From an uncultured archaeon (GTDB taxonomy: Archaea; Thermoproteota; Nitrososphaeria_A; Caldarchaeales; Wolframiiraptoraceae): 64,000 bases of DNA. The position numbers and the translations under genes are program-made. The stretch lies in the NCBI GenBank assembly GCA_938083505.1, contig CALKCF010000007.1:1-64000 (forward strand). Reading direction: 5' to 3'. The notes beneath the pieces are model-generated. The model did no database searches and was not told the DNA's origin. It worked only from the letters and a program-made list of their open reading frames with translations. This document shows, in pieces, positions 9,837-19,862 of the stretch. Numbering within the stretch: the first letter of the stretch is position 1; every line of letters begins with the position of its first letter.

Positions 9837-10832
9837 TTGCTTTACGTGAGGGTACCGAGCAGGTCTGAAAAACTGGCCTCAGAAGTATGCGAGACTATAG
9901 AGGCTCTCAACATGGAATACATGGCCCTGAAAAGTCTGTCTAACGTTGAGTATACGGAGGAAGATATCGCAATAGTCATCGGAACGGACAGCGACGTCCT
10001 AAAGGCTTTCCATGAACTTGGTTCAAAGTGCGTACCTATACTCGGCGTATGTGAAACGGAGACTAGAGGGTTCTTAACAGAGACATCTATAAAGGACCTA
10101 CCGCGTGCGCTTGAAAACTTACAAAAAAAGAGGTATATTGTGGAAGAAACTATAAGACTCTTGGTCTCGGTGGATGATAAAACCATTTTGCCCGCGGTGA
10201 ACGAAGCCGCAATCTTTCCCTCAAAAAGCGCTACTATAATGGAATACACACTAACACTTGATGATGAAATCGTGTGGAGGGATTGTAGTGATGGTGTGAT
10301 AATTTCGACACCTTTAGGCTCTAGCGCCTACGCACTATCCGCCGGTGGGCCCATGGTTGTTCACAAAGCGAAGGTGTTCGTGATAGTACCCGTCAACTCA
10401 TTAGACGTCACGAGAAGACCACTAATTATACCAGATGATTCTAAAGTCCTCATAAACGGCATACACTCAAGGACGAAGTGTGAAGTGGTCATAGACGGTA
10501 CTATTAGGCTCAAAGTTGATAACAAGGTGTGGGTCAAGAAGTATGAGATTCCAGCGCGGCTGGTGAGGCTCCCAGGCAGTTCTTACGTCTTGGAGAAGAT
10601 GGCGAAGAAGGTACAACTCGCTGAGGAGCTTTTAAAGATACCTCCAAGTGCTAAATTGATCCTGAAAACACTTGAGTATGAAGGACCTCTTACGCATAGG
10701 GAGCTGGCAAGGAAGACATTGCTGCCTGACAGGACGATGAGGCAAGCCCTGGCATTGTTGATAAGTAAGGGAATGGTAAGGAGGAAGCCACTTCTACGGG
10801 ACGCTAGGCAGAAGCTCTATTATATAGCATAA
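9837..10832 (+). CDS. NAD kinase-fold protein fused to a C-terminal winged-helix (MarR/ArsR-like) domain
   Basis: AVNEAAI and DGVIISTPLGSSAYALSAGGP NADK motifs; C-terminal PPSAKLILKTLEYEGPLTHRELARKTLLPDRTMRQALALL HTH; GGDG replaced by GTDS. Confidence 0.85.
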   Translation: MLYVRVPSRSEKLASEVCETIEALNMEYMALKSLSNVEYTEEDIAIVIGTDSDVLKAFHELGSKCVPILGVCETETRGFLTETSIKDLPRALENLQKKRYIVEETIRLLVSVDDKTILPAVNEAAIFPSKSATIMEYTLTLDDEIVWRDCSDGVIISTPLGSSAYALSAGGPMVVHKAKVFVIVPVNSLDVTRRPLIIPDDSKVLINGIHSRTKCEVVIDGTIRLKVDNKVWVKKYEIPARLVRLPGSSYVLEKMAKKVQLAEELLKIPPSAKLILKTLEYEGPLTHRELARKTLLPDRTMRQALALLISKGMVRRKPLLRDARQKLYYIA

Positions 10833-10917
10833 GCGCTCTTGTTAGTTAAAAAGCTCATAAACACATTTAAAAACAAGAAATAAATCAAGTTATGTGTCAC
10901 AGCTGGAGGTTTAGGTT

Positions 10918-11328
10918 GTGGCGACAAAGGAGCAGGTAGCTAAGGTAATCGCAGAACTTCAGATGATAGAGCAGATAGTTAATGAGTTTCAGATAAGGAT
11001 AGCAACACTTGACGCTGCACTAAAGGAGCACGAGAACGCCATATTCTTCATAGAAGAAATGAAGAAAGCCGAAGGTAGCATGGATGTCCTGATACCAATA
11101 GGTGGTGGAAACTTCGTTCATGGTACTATAACATCCACTGATAAGATGGAGGTAAGCGTGGGTGCAGGTGTCGTTATTACTAAGTCTTTAGAAGAAGGTC
11201 ATCAGATAATGCTAAAAAGAAAGGATAGCTTGCTGCGTATGAGAGAGGCATATTTACAAAGACTTCAGGAGCAGATTAATAGAGCCGCAGAGTTAAGAAG
11301 GTTTTTGGAGAGTGTGAGGGCCGAGTAA
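10918..11328 (+). CDS. pfdA: Prefoldin alpha subunit
   Basis: Coiled coils flanking LIPIGGGNFV and VSVGAGV beta-hairpins; upstream of ftsY. Confidence 0.92.
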   Translation: MATKEQVAKVIAELQMIEQIVNEFQIRIATLDAALKEHENAIFFIEEMKKAEGSMDVLIPIGGGNFVHGTITSTDKMEVSVGAGVVITKSLEEGHQIMLKRKDSLLRMREAYLQRLQEQINRAAELRRFLESVRAE

Positions 11329-12245
11329 TGCTTGAGGGTATTAAGAAAGCGTTTGCAAGCCTTGCGGATAGAATAAAGACAATAACACTTTCAGAAAGTG
11401 AGATAAAAAAATACGTCGAAGAGTTTAGACTACAATTGATTGCTAACGATGTGGCGGTCGAAGTTGCCGATAAGTTAGCGATGGAGGTCACAAAACGTCT
11501 TCAGAAATTGAAAGTTCCGAGGTTTTCGGAACATGAGGAAGTAGTCACACGGGTTTTGGAGGGAAGCCTTAGCTCGGTGATCTCGGAGGTCGATCCGGAT
11601 GTTTCCTTCGTAAATTTTGTTAGGTCTAACTACAGCATGGGCAAACCCACAGTAGTGCTTTTCGTCGGCCCAAACGGTGGTGGAAAGACAACGAGTGTCG
11701 TAAAGATGTCAAACTACCTGAAATCTAAAGGATTAAGTTCAATAATAGCATGCAGCGATACATATAGGGCTGGAGCAGTTGAGCAGCTAAAGGGTCTTGC
11801 TGAAAGGGTTGGAGTAAGGGTTGTAAGCCATAAGTATGGCGGAGATCCAGCGGCTGTTGCCTTAGATGCCATAGAAGCAGCAAAGGCTGCGAATATCAGC
11901 ACTGTTCTAATAGACACCGCAGGTAGGACAGAGGTTGATAAAAACCTCCTTGAGGAGATGAGGAAGATTAAAAGAGTGTCAAATTCAGATGTAGTAATAT
12001 ACGTTGGCGATGCGCTCGCAGGCAACGTCGTCGTCGAACAGGTTAAGAAATTCAACGAATACGTCGGCATAGACTACATAATCTTGGCTAAGCTGGATGC
12101 CGATACGAAGGGAGGCTCCGCAATATCCGTTAGTTACATGACTGGAAAGCCAATACTCTTCGTCGGAACTGGGCAAGGGTTAGATGACCTTAAACCACTG
12201 AACAAAAAAAGTATAATAAGCACGGTACTCGGTTACGCCTCCTAA
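11328..12245 (+). CDS. ftsY: Signal recognition particle receptor FtsY
   Basis: GPNGGGKTT, DTYRAGA, DTAGR, KLDADTKGG, GTGQGLDDL. Confidence 0.96.
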   Translation: MLEGIKKAFASLADRIKTITLSESEIKKYVEEFRLQLIANDVAVEVADKLAMEVTKRLQKLKVPRFSEHEEVVTRVLEGSLSSVISEVDPDVSFVNFVRSNYSMGKPTVVLFVGPNGGGKTTSVVKMSNYLKSKGLSSIIACSDTYRAGAVEQLKGLAERVGVRVVSHKYGGDPAAVALDAIEAAKAANISTVLIDTAGRTEVDKNLLEEMRKIKRVSNSDVVIYVGDALAGNVVVEQVKKFNEYVGIDYIILAKLDADTKGGSAISVSYMTGKPILFVGTGQGLDDLKPLNKKSIISTVLGYAS

Positions 12246-12300
12246 GATGTGGTACGTAGCTTTATCACGGTACTAAACCTCTATATTCTGGACTGGCGTA

Positions 12301-12945
12301 ATGTCTAACGTGCTGAAACTTCATGAACAGATAAATCAGCTCGTTAGAGGGGAAGCACCGGGTCCATCACCATCTTTTACGGCTTTGCATATTATCATGG
12401 CACTTCTTGTTTTGGGGGATAAGGGCATTCTAGGTAGGAAAAGGTTCGCCGAGGAACTCGGACTAGGTGAGGGCACCGTCAGAACGGTTGTTGGTAGGCT
12501 TAAGAAGCACTTCTTGGTCAAAGTAACGCGCTCAGGTTGTAGCTTAACCGAGAAAGGTAGGGAGCTTTATGAGGTCTTAAGAGAAAGGATGGGCAAATTT
12601 ATTGAACTTGCTGGAAATTTGCCGTGGAGTTACCGTTATAGTGTCGGCGTGAAAGTGAACCGTATGGCCAATCTATTGAAAATGGGTCTGGAGGAGAGGG
12701 ATGCTGCCGTGAGGGCAGGCGCTGATGCAGCCATGGCAATCACCATGCAGGGAGGATATTTGCTTATGCCAGGTGTTAGTAATCTTAGCAAGGAACAACC
12801 AAGCTTTACTTCAATGATTATGAACTTCTTTAACCCGTCAGAGGGCGATGTTATACTCATAGCAGGCTCGGACGATAAGATTAAGGCATTATACGGTGTC
12901 TTAGCGGCTGCCTACGAGCTCCTAAGAAAGACGGTTAATCAATAG
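12301..12945 (+). CDS. wHTH protein with C-terminal DUF4443-like domain
   Basis: GRKRFAEELGLGEGTVRT HTH; GLEERDAAVRAGADAA motif. Confidence 0.75.
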   Translation: MSNVLKLHEQINQLVRGEAPGPSPSFTALHIIMALLVLGDKGILGRKRFAEELGLGEGTVRTVVGRLKKHFLVKVTRSGCSLTEKGRELYEVLRERMGKFIELAGNLPWSYRYSVGVKVNRMANLLKMGLEERDAAVRAGADAAMAITMQGGYLLMPGVSNLSKEQPSFTSMIMNFFNPSEGDVILIAGSDDKIKALYGVLAAAYELLRKTVNQ

Positions 12946-13052
12946 ACCTTCAAGTTATTGCTAAGACACAGCCGAGTATTTCTAAGATGGTGCTCATCAC
13001 GGTCAGCTAATAATATATTATGACTATGTTTGGAAAAATAACTTAACTATCG

Positions 13053-14069
13053 TTGAAGGCAGTTTTTCTCAAGAAATTTAAGGAAATGCCAGAAATAGTC
13101 GAATTCGAACCTGATTGGTCTCTGGGTCCCGGTGAGGTTCTATTAGAGATAGAGATGTCCGGTCTCTGCTACAGAGATTTATTGACGATTGACGGACACT
13201 TCCCGAGAACAAAGCTTCCGATAATCTTGGGCCACGAGATAGCTGGTAAGGTAATCGCAATCAACGAAACCGTCACGAACTTCGAGCCTGGCGACAGGGT
13301 TGCGTCCTTAACATATATTCCTTGCGGTAAGTGTAGGTACTGTAAATCTGGAAATGAGAATCTATGCAAGCAGAGACTCGTGTTTGGCGAGGATATTAAC
13401 GGTTCGTTCGCCCAAATGATAAAGGTACACGAAGGGAGCTTGGTGAAGATACCGGATAAAGTCACAGCAGAGGGAGCAACAATAGCGTCATGCATAACAG
13501 GTATGGTGTTGCGTGCCTTCAGACATGTAGCAGGGGTAAAACAGGGCGAATTTGTGTTGATAACAGGTGCTGGCGGTGGTGTAGGAATACATGTGATCCA
13601 GGTCGCAAAGGCTCTTGGTTGTAAGGTAATAGCGGCAACAAGCTCTGAGGAAAAGTTTAGGTATATAATAGACGCGGGAGTGGATGAGGTTCTGCTCTTT
13701 GACGACAAGATAGTCGAGAAAGTCAAAAGTCTTACTGGTGGTGAGGGCGTAAAGGTTGTTTTGGAGGTAGTTAGCCAGCCTACTTTTGACAAAAGCCTAA
13801 GGTGTTTAGCATGGGGTGGAAGGATTGTTATGGTAGGGAGTGTGACGGTATCGTCCGTTAAAGTTCCGCTTGGATTGATAATCTTAAAAGCGAACTCTAT
13901 AGCCGGCACAATAGCCGCCACTAGAAAGGATTTAGAAGACGCACTCAGACTCACGGTGGAAGGAAAGGTTAGGCCTGTTGTAACAGCCTATCCACTCGAG
14001 AAAATACACGAGACGATAGAAAAGATGCGTCGGAAGGGATCTGTAGGTAGGATACTTCTGAAACCCTGA
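13053..14069 (+). CDS. Zn-dependent MDR oxidoreductase, acryloyl-CoA reductase-like
   Basis: CYRDL...LGHE, structural Zn CGKCRYC..C, CITGMV, GAGGGVG. Confidence 0.85.
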   Translation: MKAVFLKKFKEMPEIVEFEPDWSLGPGEVLLEIEMSGLCYRDLLTIDGHFPRTKLPIILGHEIAGKVIAINETVTNFEPGDRVASLTYIPCGKCRYCKSGNENLCKQRLVFGEDINGSFAQMIKVHEGSLVKIPDKVTAEGATIASCITGMVLRAFRHVAGVKQGEFVLITGAGGGVGIHVIQVAKALGCKVIAATSSEEKFRYIIDAGVDEVLLFDDKIVEKVKSLTGGEGVKVVLEVVSQPTFDKSLRCLAWGGRIVMVGSVTVSSVKVPLGLIILKANSIAGTIAATRKDLEDALRLTVEGKVRPVVTAYPLEKIHETIEKMRRKGSVGRILLKP

Positions 14070-14194
14070 AGCAAAAATAGGTGTTAGTAATAAAGGAAAT
14101 ACATCAACTACATTCAGAGAGGTGGGGGGAGGAATGGTATCGTTAATCCGCTTGATAGAAATTTATTAACAAGCATAACGCTGGTAGTTGACGT

Positions 14195-14371
14195 ATGGTA
14201 AAAATCGTGACACTAAAGCGGAAAGAAAAAAGCGAAATATATTACGTATGTGAAGAATGCGGCCTCATGTATTCCGAATTTAGCATCGCCGAACGTTGCG
14301 AGGAGTGGTGCCGAAATTATAAATCCTGCAACCTTAAAATAACAAAAAATGCAATAAACTTCAAAGGTTGA
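14195..14371 (+). CDS. Small Cys-rich metal-binding protein, 58 aa (not in ORF track)
   Basis: Manual translation MVKIVTLKRKEKSEIYYVCEECGLMYSEFSIAERCEEWCRNYKSCNLKITKNAINFKG; TTTATTAA 26 nt upstream; stop overlaps the larC start (TTGA). Confidence 0.8.
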   Translation: MVKIVTLKRKEKSEIYYVCEECGLMYSEFSIAERCEEWCRNYKSCNLKITKNAINFKG

Positions 14372-15600
14372 GAGCCTTGAAGCTCGTGGTAATCGATTGC
14401 TCGGTTTCTGGTGTATCTGGTGATATGCTTCTAGCAGCTTTGCTAGACATTGGTGCAGATGAGGAGGCTGTCAAGCGGGCTATTGAATGTGTTCCAAAAT
14501 TCTTAAAGGGCTGCAAGAAAATAACATTCACCTCGGAAGAAGCTTACGTTGACGAGATAAAGGCGAGAAGGGTCAAGATAACGGCCGAAGATGCTGCTAA
14601 TTCAAGACCAGCTACCGTGTTACTTGATGCAGTCAAAAGGTGCGTATCTGATCTGAATTTCTCAAACAATGCAGCTAACATCGCCATTAACGCCATAGAA
14701 CTCCTAGTAAGGGCTGAGTCTAATGTCCATGGCGAGTCGCCCGAGTCTGTGCACCTTCATGAGCTGGGCATGGTAGATACTGTGGCAGACATAGTTGGCG
14801 TAGCGGCCGCCCTGGATTCTCTTGGTTTAAGCAAAGAAATGATAATGACAACAAGGGTAGCCGTAGGCGGTGGAGTCCTAAAGCTATCCCATGGGGTTTT
14901 TCCAGCACCAGCCCCAGTCACCTTAGAAATTCTTAAGATTTCCGGAATCCCTTTCATCGGTGGACCGGTTGAAGGTGAGCTCGCTACGCCCACTGGTGTA
15001 GCGCTCTTAGCCTCAATGTCAAGCAGGATAGTCGATACTTATCCGTCGATGATCTTGGAAAGAGTAGGCTATGGAGTAGGCTCAATAATACATGGTAGAA
15101 GCCCGTCCGTGTTACGCTTACTCCTTGGTCAGGAGCAAGAAACTTGTGGGAATGTTGAGGAGATAGCAGTGCTTGAGACGAATGTTGACGACGTTACTGG
15201 CGAATCGTTAGCTTATATCGTAGATAAGCTATTGTCTGAAGGTGCCTTGGACGTGAGCATCATACAGGCAATTGGCAAAAAGGGTAGACCCACCAGCATA
15301 CTCAGCGTGTTAAGCAAAAAGGGTCATGAAGCAAAGTTTGCGAGTATGATGATGCAAGAGCTCGGTACGTTAGGTGTAAGGTTCCTGACCGTTAGAAGAT
15401 TTGTAGCCGCAAGAGGAGAATCTTTAGTTGATGTAAACATTGCTGGTAGAATTTTTAAGATAAGAATCAAGAAGTCCTTCCTCCCTGGAAGAGAGCCCCT
15501 AACTTTGAAGCCTGAGTTCGAAGACCTAAGAATGATAGCACGTGAGACCGGTCTATCCATAAGAGAAGTAGAGAACATCGTGAAAAAACAGCTGAATTAG
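14368..15600 (+). CDS. larC: Nickel-pincer cofactor Ni-insertion protein LarC
   Basis: SGVSGDMLLAALLD, VHG..VHLHELG..DTVADIVG, GELATPTG, LETNVDD, KKGRP, KPEFED. Confidence 0.93.
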   Translation: MRALKLVVIDCSVSGVSGDMLLAALLDIGADEEAVKRAIECVPKFLKGCKKITFTSEEAYVDEIKARRVKITAEDAANSRPATVLLDAVKRCVSDLNFSNNAANIAINAIELLVRAESNVHGESPESVHLHELGMVDTVADIVGVAAALDSLGLSKEMIMTTRVAVGGGVLKLSHGVFPAPAPVTLEILKISGIPFIGGPVEGELATPTGVALLASMSSRIVDTYPSMILERVGYGVGSIIHGRSPSVLRLLLGQEQETCGNVEEIAVLETNVDDVTGESLAYIVDKLLSEGALDVSIIQAIGKKGRPTSILSVLSKKGHEAKFASMMMQELGTLGVRFLTVRRFVAARGESLVDVNIAGRIFKIRIKKSFLPGREPLTLKPEFEDLRMIARETGLSIREVENIVKKQLN

Positions 15601-15908
15601 TAGAACATTTGCACGTGCATTACACCGCCGACTTTGATTACGGCGTTCTCGCGGATAAAACCTTTGCTTATCAACATGCTGACTATCCTGTTGCCCAGAA
15701 GGTTTATTATCGTAGCCTGCTCTATATAGCGTATAACACCCTCACCTTCGACTAGAACGCCCCCATAAAACGAGTTGTCAACCTTTATCTCAAACCCCTT
15801 CTCTGTAACTATCCTCTTACCGAGAAGCTCCTCGTCACAGATTGCCGCAACTACCTCTCCGGTCCTAGAATGGTGAAGCTTAACCCAGAACCTACTCCAC
15901 TCATTCAT
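15597..15908 (-). CDS. DUF424 family protein
   Basis: VVAAICDEELLGK, FYGG, ATIINLLG, HVQ motifs. Confidence 0.88.
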   Translation of the reverse strand: MNEWSRFWVKLHHSRTGEVVAAICDEELLGKRIVTEKGFEIKVDNSFYGGVLVEGEGVIRYIEQATIINLLGNRIVSMLISKGFIRENAVIKVGGVMHVQMFY

Positions 15909-16049
15909 CGTTTTTCATCAGAATTGTTTACTGGAAAGTTTTTAAACTTTTTAACTATCCTGTCCTATTTATTAAAAATACAACGCTATTCTTCAAAAAA
16001 CTTCATAAATGTTTATACCTTGCACGATGGACAAGATTGTGAGTAAAAG

Positions 16050-17198
16050 TTGAAGCTGTACGAGTACGAGGCAAAACAGCTCTTCTCTTTGTATAACATC
16101 TCGGTGCCAGAGTTTGAACTAGCAAGAACGCCGGAAGAGGCAAGAGAAATCACCCAGAAGTTGGGCGGTAAATCCGTTTTGAAGGCTCAAGTGCTAGTGG
16201 CAGGAAGGGGGAAGTTAGGTGGTATAAAATTTGCTGAGAGCCCACAAGAGGCTTACGAACTTGCCAAGAAATTATTGGGCATGGAGATAAAGGGCGAGAA
16301 AGTAAACTCTTTACTCGTAAGTGAGGTTGTTAACATAGAGAGGGAGCTTTATCTCAGCATAGTGATAGATAGGTCCGTTGGTGCTATATCGATACTAGCA
16401 TCTTCTGAGGGAGGTATAGATATTGAAGAACTTGCGGCAAGGTCACCAGAGAAGCTCATAAAAGTCTACGTGGACCCATTAATAGGCTTAAAGCCTTACC
16501 ACATTAGAAGGATAACGGAGTTCATGAACCTTTCTGATGAACAGAAGAAAGCACTTCAGGACATCACTCTTAACCTCTATAGGGTGTTCGTAGATTTTGA
16601 CTGTGAACTTGCGGAGATAAATCCTTTGGCAGTGGACAAAGAAGGTAAACTAGTTCCGGTAGATGCAAAAGTCATAATAGACGACAATGCTCTATTCAGA
16701 AGGAAGGAATTTGCCGAACGTGTATATGTAGAGTTAAACGAACTCGAGATAGAGGCAAAGAAACATGGCTTTAGTTACGTTGAACTTGATGGTGACATCG
16801 GAATAATTGGAAATGGTGCTGGCTTGACTATGGCAACAATGGACCTCGTTAAGTTGTATGGCGGAAGGCCTGCTAACTTTTTGGATATAGGTGGAGGTGC
16901 CAGGGCCGACGTCGTGGAGAAAGCTGCGTCCTTACTTTTGAAGCATCCGAAAGTAAAGGTTCTACTTGTCAACATTCTGGGTGGAATAACAAGGTGCGAT
17001 GAGGTTGCAAAGGGTCTAGTGAACGCCCTAACAAATTACGGTAAGGACAAAAAATTGGTCGTGAGACTCATAGGGACCAATGAGGAAGAGGGGAAGAAGA
17101 TACTAAGCAACGCTGGTATCTCAGCATTCGACTCTATGGAGGATGCCGCTAAAAATGCCGTAGAACTCGCCAAGGTGGTACGAGTATGGCCGTGCTAG
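16050..17198 (+). CDS. sucC: Succinyl-CoA synthetase beta subunit
   Basis: KLYEYEAK, KAQVLVAGRGKLGG, GNGAGLTMATMD, ANFLDIGGG, NILGGITRCD. Confidence 0.96.
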   Translation: MKLYEYEAKQLFSLYNISVPEFELARTPEEAREITQKLGGKSVLKAQVLVAGRGKLGGIKFAESPQEAYELAKKLLGMEIKGEKVNSLLVSEVVNIERELYLSIVIDRSVGAISILASSEGGIDIEELAARSPEKLIKVYVDPLIGLKPYHIRRITEFMNLSDEQKKALQDITLNLYRVFVDFDCELAEINPLAVDKEGKLVPVDAKVIIDDNALFRRKEFAERVYVELNELEIEAKKHGFSYVELDGDIGIIGNGAGLTMATMDLVKLYGGRPANFLDIGGGARADVVEKAASLLLKHPKVKVLLVNILGGITRCDEVAKGLVNALTNYGKDKKLVVRLIGTNEEEGKKILSNAGISAFDSMEDAAKNAVELAKVVRVWPC

Positions 17199-18064
17199 TT
17201 GATAAAAATACATACGTTGTCGTTCAGGGCATAACTGGAAGAGAAGGTAGCTTCCATACCAAGGCGATGCTAGATTATGGTACGAAAGTTGTAGCTGGTG
17301 TCACACCTGGGAAGGGCGGTCAAAGTGTCCACGGTATACCTGTCTATGACTCTATCTACGAGGCCGTGAGCAAGCACCAAGAAATCAACACCTCGATTAT
17401 ATTCGTCCCCTCCTCATACGCACCTGATGCTGTTTATGAAGCCATAGATGCAGGAATAGATATCATCGTACTCATAACGGAACACATACCGGTTCACGAT
17501 TCCATGAAATTTATAAGGTACGCAAAGCTGAGGGGGGTCTGCATAATCGGTCCTAATTGCCCGGGCATCATATCGCCGGGAGAGTCGAAGGTAGGCATAA
17601 TGCCAGGTCACGTGTTTTCTAAGGGAACAATAGGCATAGTATCAAGAAGCGGTACATTAACATACGAGGTGGCTTATGCTATAACGAAAATGAGGTTAGG
17701 TCAATCTACTGCAGTAGGCATCGGTGGTGACCCAATCACAGGCATGAGTATGATCGACATGTTAGAGCTGTTCAGGGAAGATGATGAGACTAAGGCAGTA
17801 GTCCTAATAGGTGAGATAGGTGGAGATATGGAGGAAAGGGCTGCCGAGTACATAAGGAGAAGCGGCTATGAAAAGCCAGTCGTGGCATTCGTAGCAGGTA
17901 GGACGGCGCCGCCTGGAAAGAGAATGGGACATGCAGGTGCAATAATCTCCATGGGTACTGGTGATGCTGAGAGTAAAGTAAGAGTATTTGAGGCGAGCGG
18001 CGTAAAAGTCGCTTCAACACCGACAGAGGTCGCTAAGTTGTTGAAAGAAATTCTGAAAGGTTAA
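17186..18064 (+). CDS. sucD: Succinyl-CoA synthetase alpha subunit
   Basis: [33 protein letters not shown]. Confidence 0.97.
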   Translation: MAVLVDKNTYVVVQGITGREGSFHTKAMLDYGTKVVAGVTPGKGGQSVHGIPVYDSIYEAVSKHQEINTSIIFVPSSYAPDAVYEAIDAGIDIIVLITEHIPVHDSMKFIRYAKLRGVCIIGPNCPGIISPGESKVGIMPGHVFSKGTIGIVSRSGTLTYEVAYAITKMRLGQSTAVGIGGDPITGMSMIDMLELFREDDETKAVVLIGEIGGDMEERAAEYIRRSGYEKPVVAFVAGRTAPPGKRMGHAGAIISMGTGDAESKVRVFEASGVKVASTPTEVAKLLKEILKG

Positions 18065-18073
18065 AGTTGTAAA

Positions 18074-18874
18074 ATGAGCGGACAGCTAGATGAAAAAGAA
18101 CTCATAAAACTTCTCGTAAACTCATCAGAAATATTTGAGAGCGAGCCCCAACTACTGAGCGTAGAAGGTGAGTGTGTAGTAGTCGGTGATATACATGGTG
18201 ACAGAGAGTCAGTCATTAGGGCACTGGAATTGCTTAAGCAAAATAGAATCCTAATATTTTTAGGAGACTACGTTGATAGGGGTCCTTATCAGTTAGAGAG
18301 CATATCTGCATTACTGAAAGCAAAGATAGAGAACCCATCAAAACTTATCCTACTAAGGGGGAATCATGAGTCGAGGAGTATGAACCTTTACTATGGATTT
18401 TACGATACTGTTTTGAGCAGATACTCGCAAGCCTTCTACGAACTCTTCGTTGAAGTTTTTTCGAAAATGCCAGTTTGTGCATTACTCAATGGAAATACGT
18501 TATGCCTCCATGGGGGTATAGCCGAGGGGCTAGAGAGTTTAGAGCAGCTAAAGGCCCTTCCAAAAGGTTATGATGACCCTGTAGATCAAATATACGTTCA
18601 GATATTGTGGAACGACCCGGATGAGAACATTAAGACTTTTGCCCCAAGTTATAGAGGTCCAAACGTTAGGCTCTTCGGCGCCCCTGTCCTCAAAAATTTT
18701 TTAAAAAAGAATGGGTTAAAGTTACTCATAAGGGCACATGAACCCCAACCTGAGGGTTTTAGGTTCATGTTCGAGAATAAGCTACTATCACTCTTCTCCT
18801 GTAGATATTATGGGATAAGACCTGCAGCTGCTCTTTTTAAGGAAAACGAAATTAAGATACTCAGCTTTTGGTAG
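18074..18874 (+). CDS. PPP-family Ser/Thr protein phosphatase
   Basis: GDIHG, GDYVDRG, RGNHE, HGG, WNDP, RAHE. Confidence 0.93.
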   Translation: MSGQLDEKELIKLLVNSSEIFESEPQLLSVEGECVVVGDIHGDRESVIRALELLKQNRILIFLGDYVDRGPYQLESISALLKAKIENPSKLILLRGNHESRSMNLYYGFYDTVLSRYSQAFYELFVEVFSKMPVCALLNGNTLCLHGGIAEGLESLEQLKALPKGYDDPVDQIYVQILWNDPDENIKTFAPSYRGPNVRLFGAPVLKNFLKKNGLKLLIRAHEPQPEGFRFMFENKLLSLFSCRYYGIRPAAALFKENEIKILSFW

Positions 18875-19769
18875 TCAACCTCTCTAAGTATCCAAGCATG
18901 CCCTCGACTGCCAACCTTATACTCATCCTTACATAGTCCGGTACTTCCTTTACATCCACGCTAAACTTTTTAGCTAAAGCTTTGCAGGCTGCATCGGTGA
19001 TCAACTCAACATCACTACAATTCTCTTTTTCAGAAGATATGAAATCTTTCCACCAATTCAGCAGAGAGATCTCTTCCTCAAAGACGTTTTTAGAGGCCTC
19101 CCTGATGCCGAAGTGCGGGGTCATCAAAAGTCTTGATCCCAGCCTCATCAAAAGCTTGAGGTCATCTATTAAACCAATAAAGTCAAAACTCGGAGGGACG
19201 GATGGTGGTACGAATACTGGAAAGCTTGGATATGCTCCCGAGACAGCATCGCCCGTGAATAGGAAAGAGTTTGTCTCCTCGTAAACGCAAAGGTGATGAG
19301 GTGCATGACCTTGTGTATAAATGAATTTAAGACGCATACTTCCCAAAGATACGCAAGTTCCATCCTCAACACCATAAATACGTTCGGGAGGAATAGGATC
19401 AACTTTTCCAAAGCGAGCTGCTTCCTGACCGTAGAGTTCTTTTACGCTGGAGATCAATCTTGTTGGATCTATGAGATGCTTTACGCCTCTTGGATGGGCG
19501 AGAACCTTTGCATTTATAGCATTTTTTATTAATGCGCCAGCAGCACCCGCATGGTCAAGATGAACATGCGTAATTATAACGTAGTCAATCGTTGAGGGGT
19601 CTAAACTTATGCTCCTAATATCAGATAAGAGTACATTGAGGGATGAGGCATACCCTGTATCAATAACCGCTACTTTTTCATCGACTAGAAGGTACGCGGC
19701 GACAAAATTCCTGATCCCTAATGCCATCGTATCTATGAGGTACGCGCTATCTTGAACCTGCATTATCAA
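18861..19769 (-). CDS. Metallo-beta-lactamase-fold hydrolase
   Basis: THVHLDHAG, GHAPHH, FTGDA. Confidence 0.9.
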   Translation of the reverse strand: MIMQVQDSAYLIDTMALGIRNFVAAYLLVDEKVAVIDTGYASSLNVLLSDIRSISLDPSTIDYVIITHVHLDHAGAAGALIKNAINAKVLAHPRGVKHLIDPTRLISSVKELYGQEAARFGKVDPIPPERIYGVEDGTCVSLGSMRLKFIYTQGHAPHHLCVYEETNSFLFTGDAVSGAYPSFPVFVPPSVPPSFDFIGLIDDLKLLMRLGSRLLMTPHFGIREASKNVFEEEISLLNWWKDFISSEKENCSDVELITDAACKALAKKFSVDVKEVPDYVRMSIRLAVEGMLGYLERLTTKS

Positions 19770-19862
19770 AGCCTTTCACCTGTTAAAACCTACCTACAAT
19801 TATTTAACTATAAAAATACGCAAACTTTTTAACGGAGATTGTTATAAAAAATTTGTACCTAT

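Noticed and set aside
14118-14169. G-rich tract GAGAGGTGGGGGGAGGAATGG followed by an 11-codon ORF
   Set aside because: Too short and without supporting features; it overlaps the TATA of the 58-aa gene.
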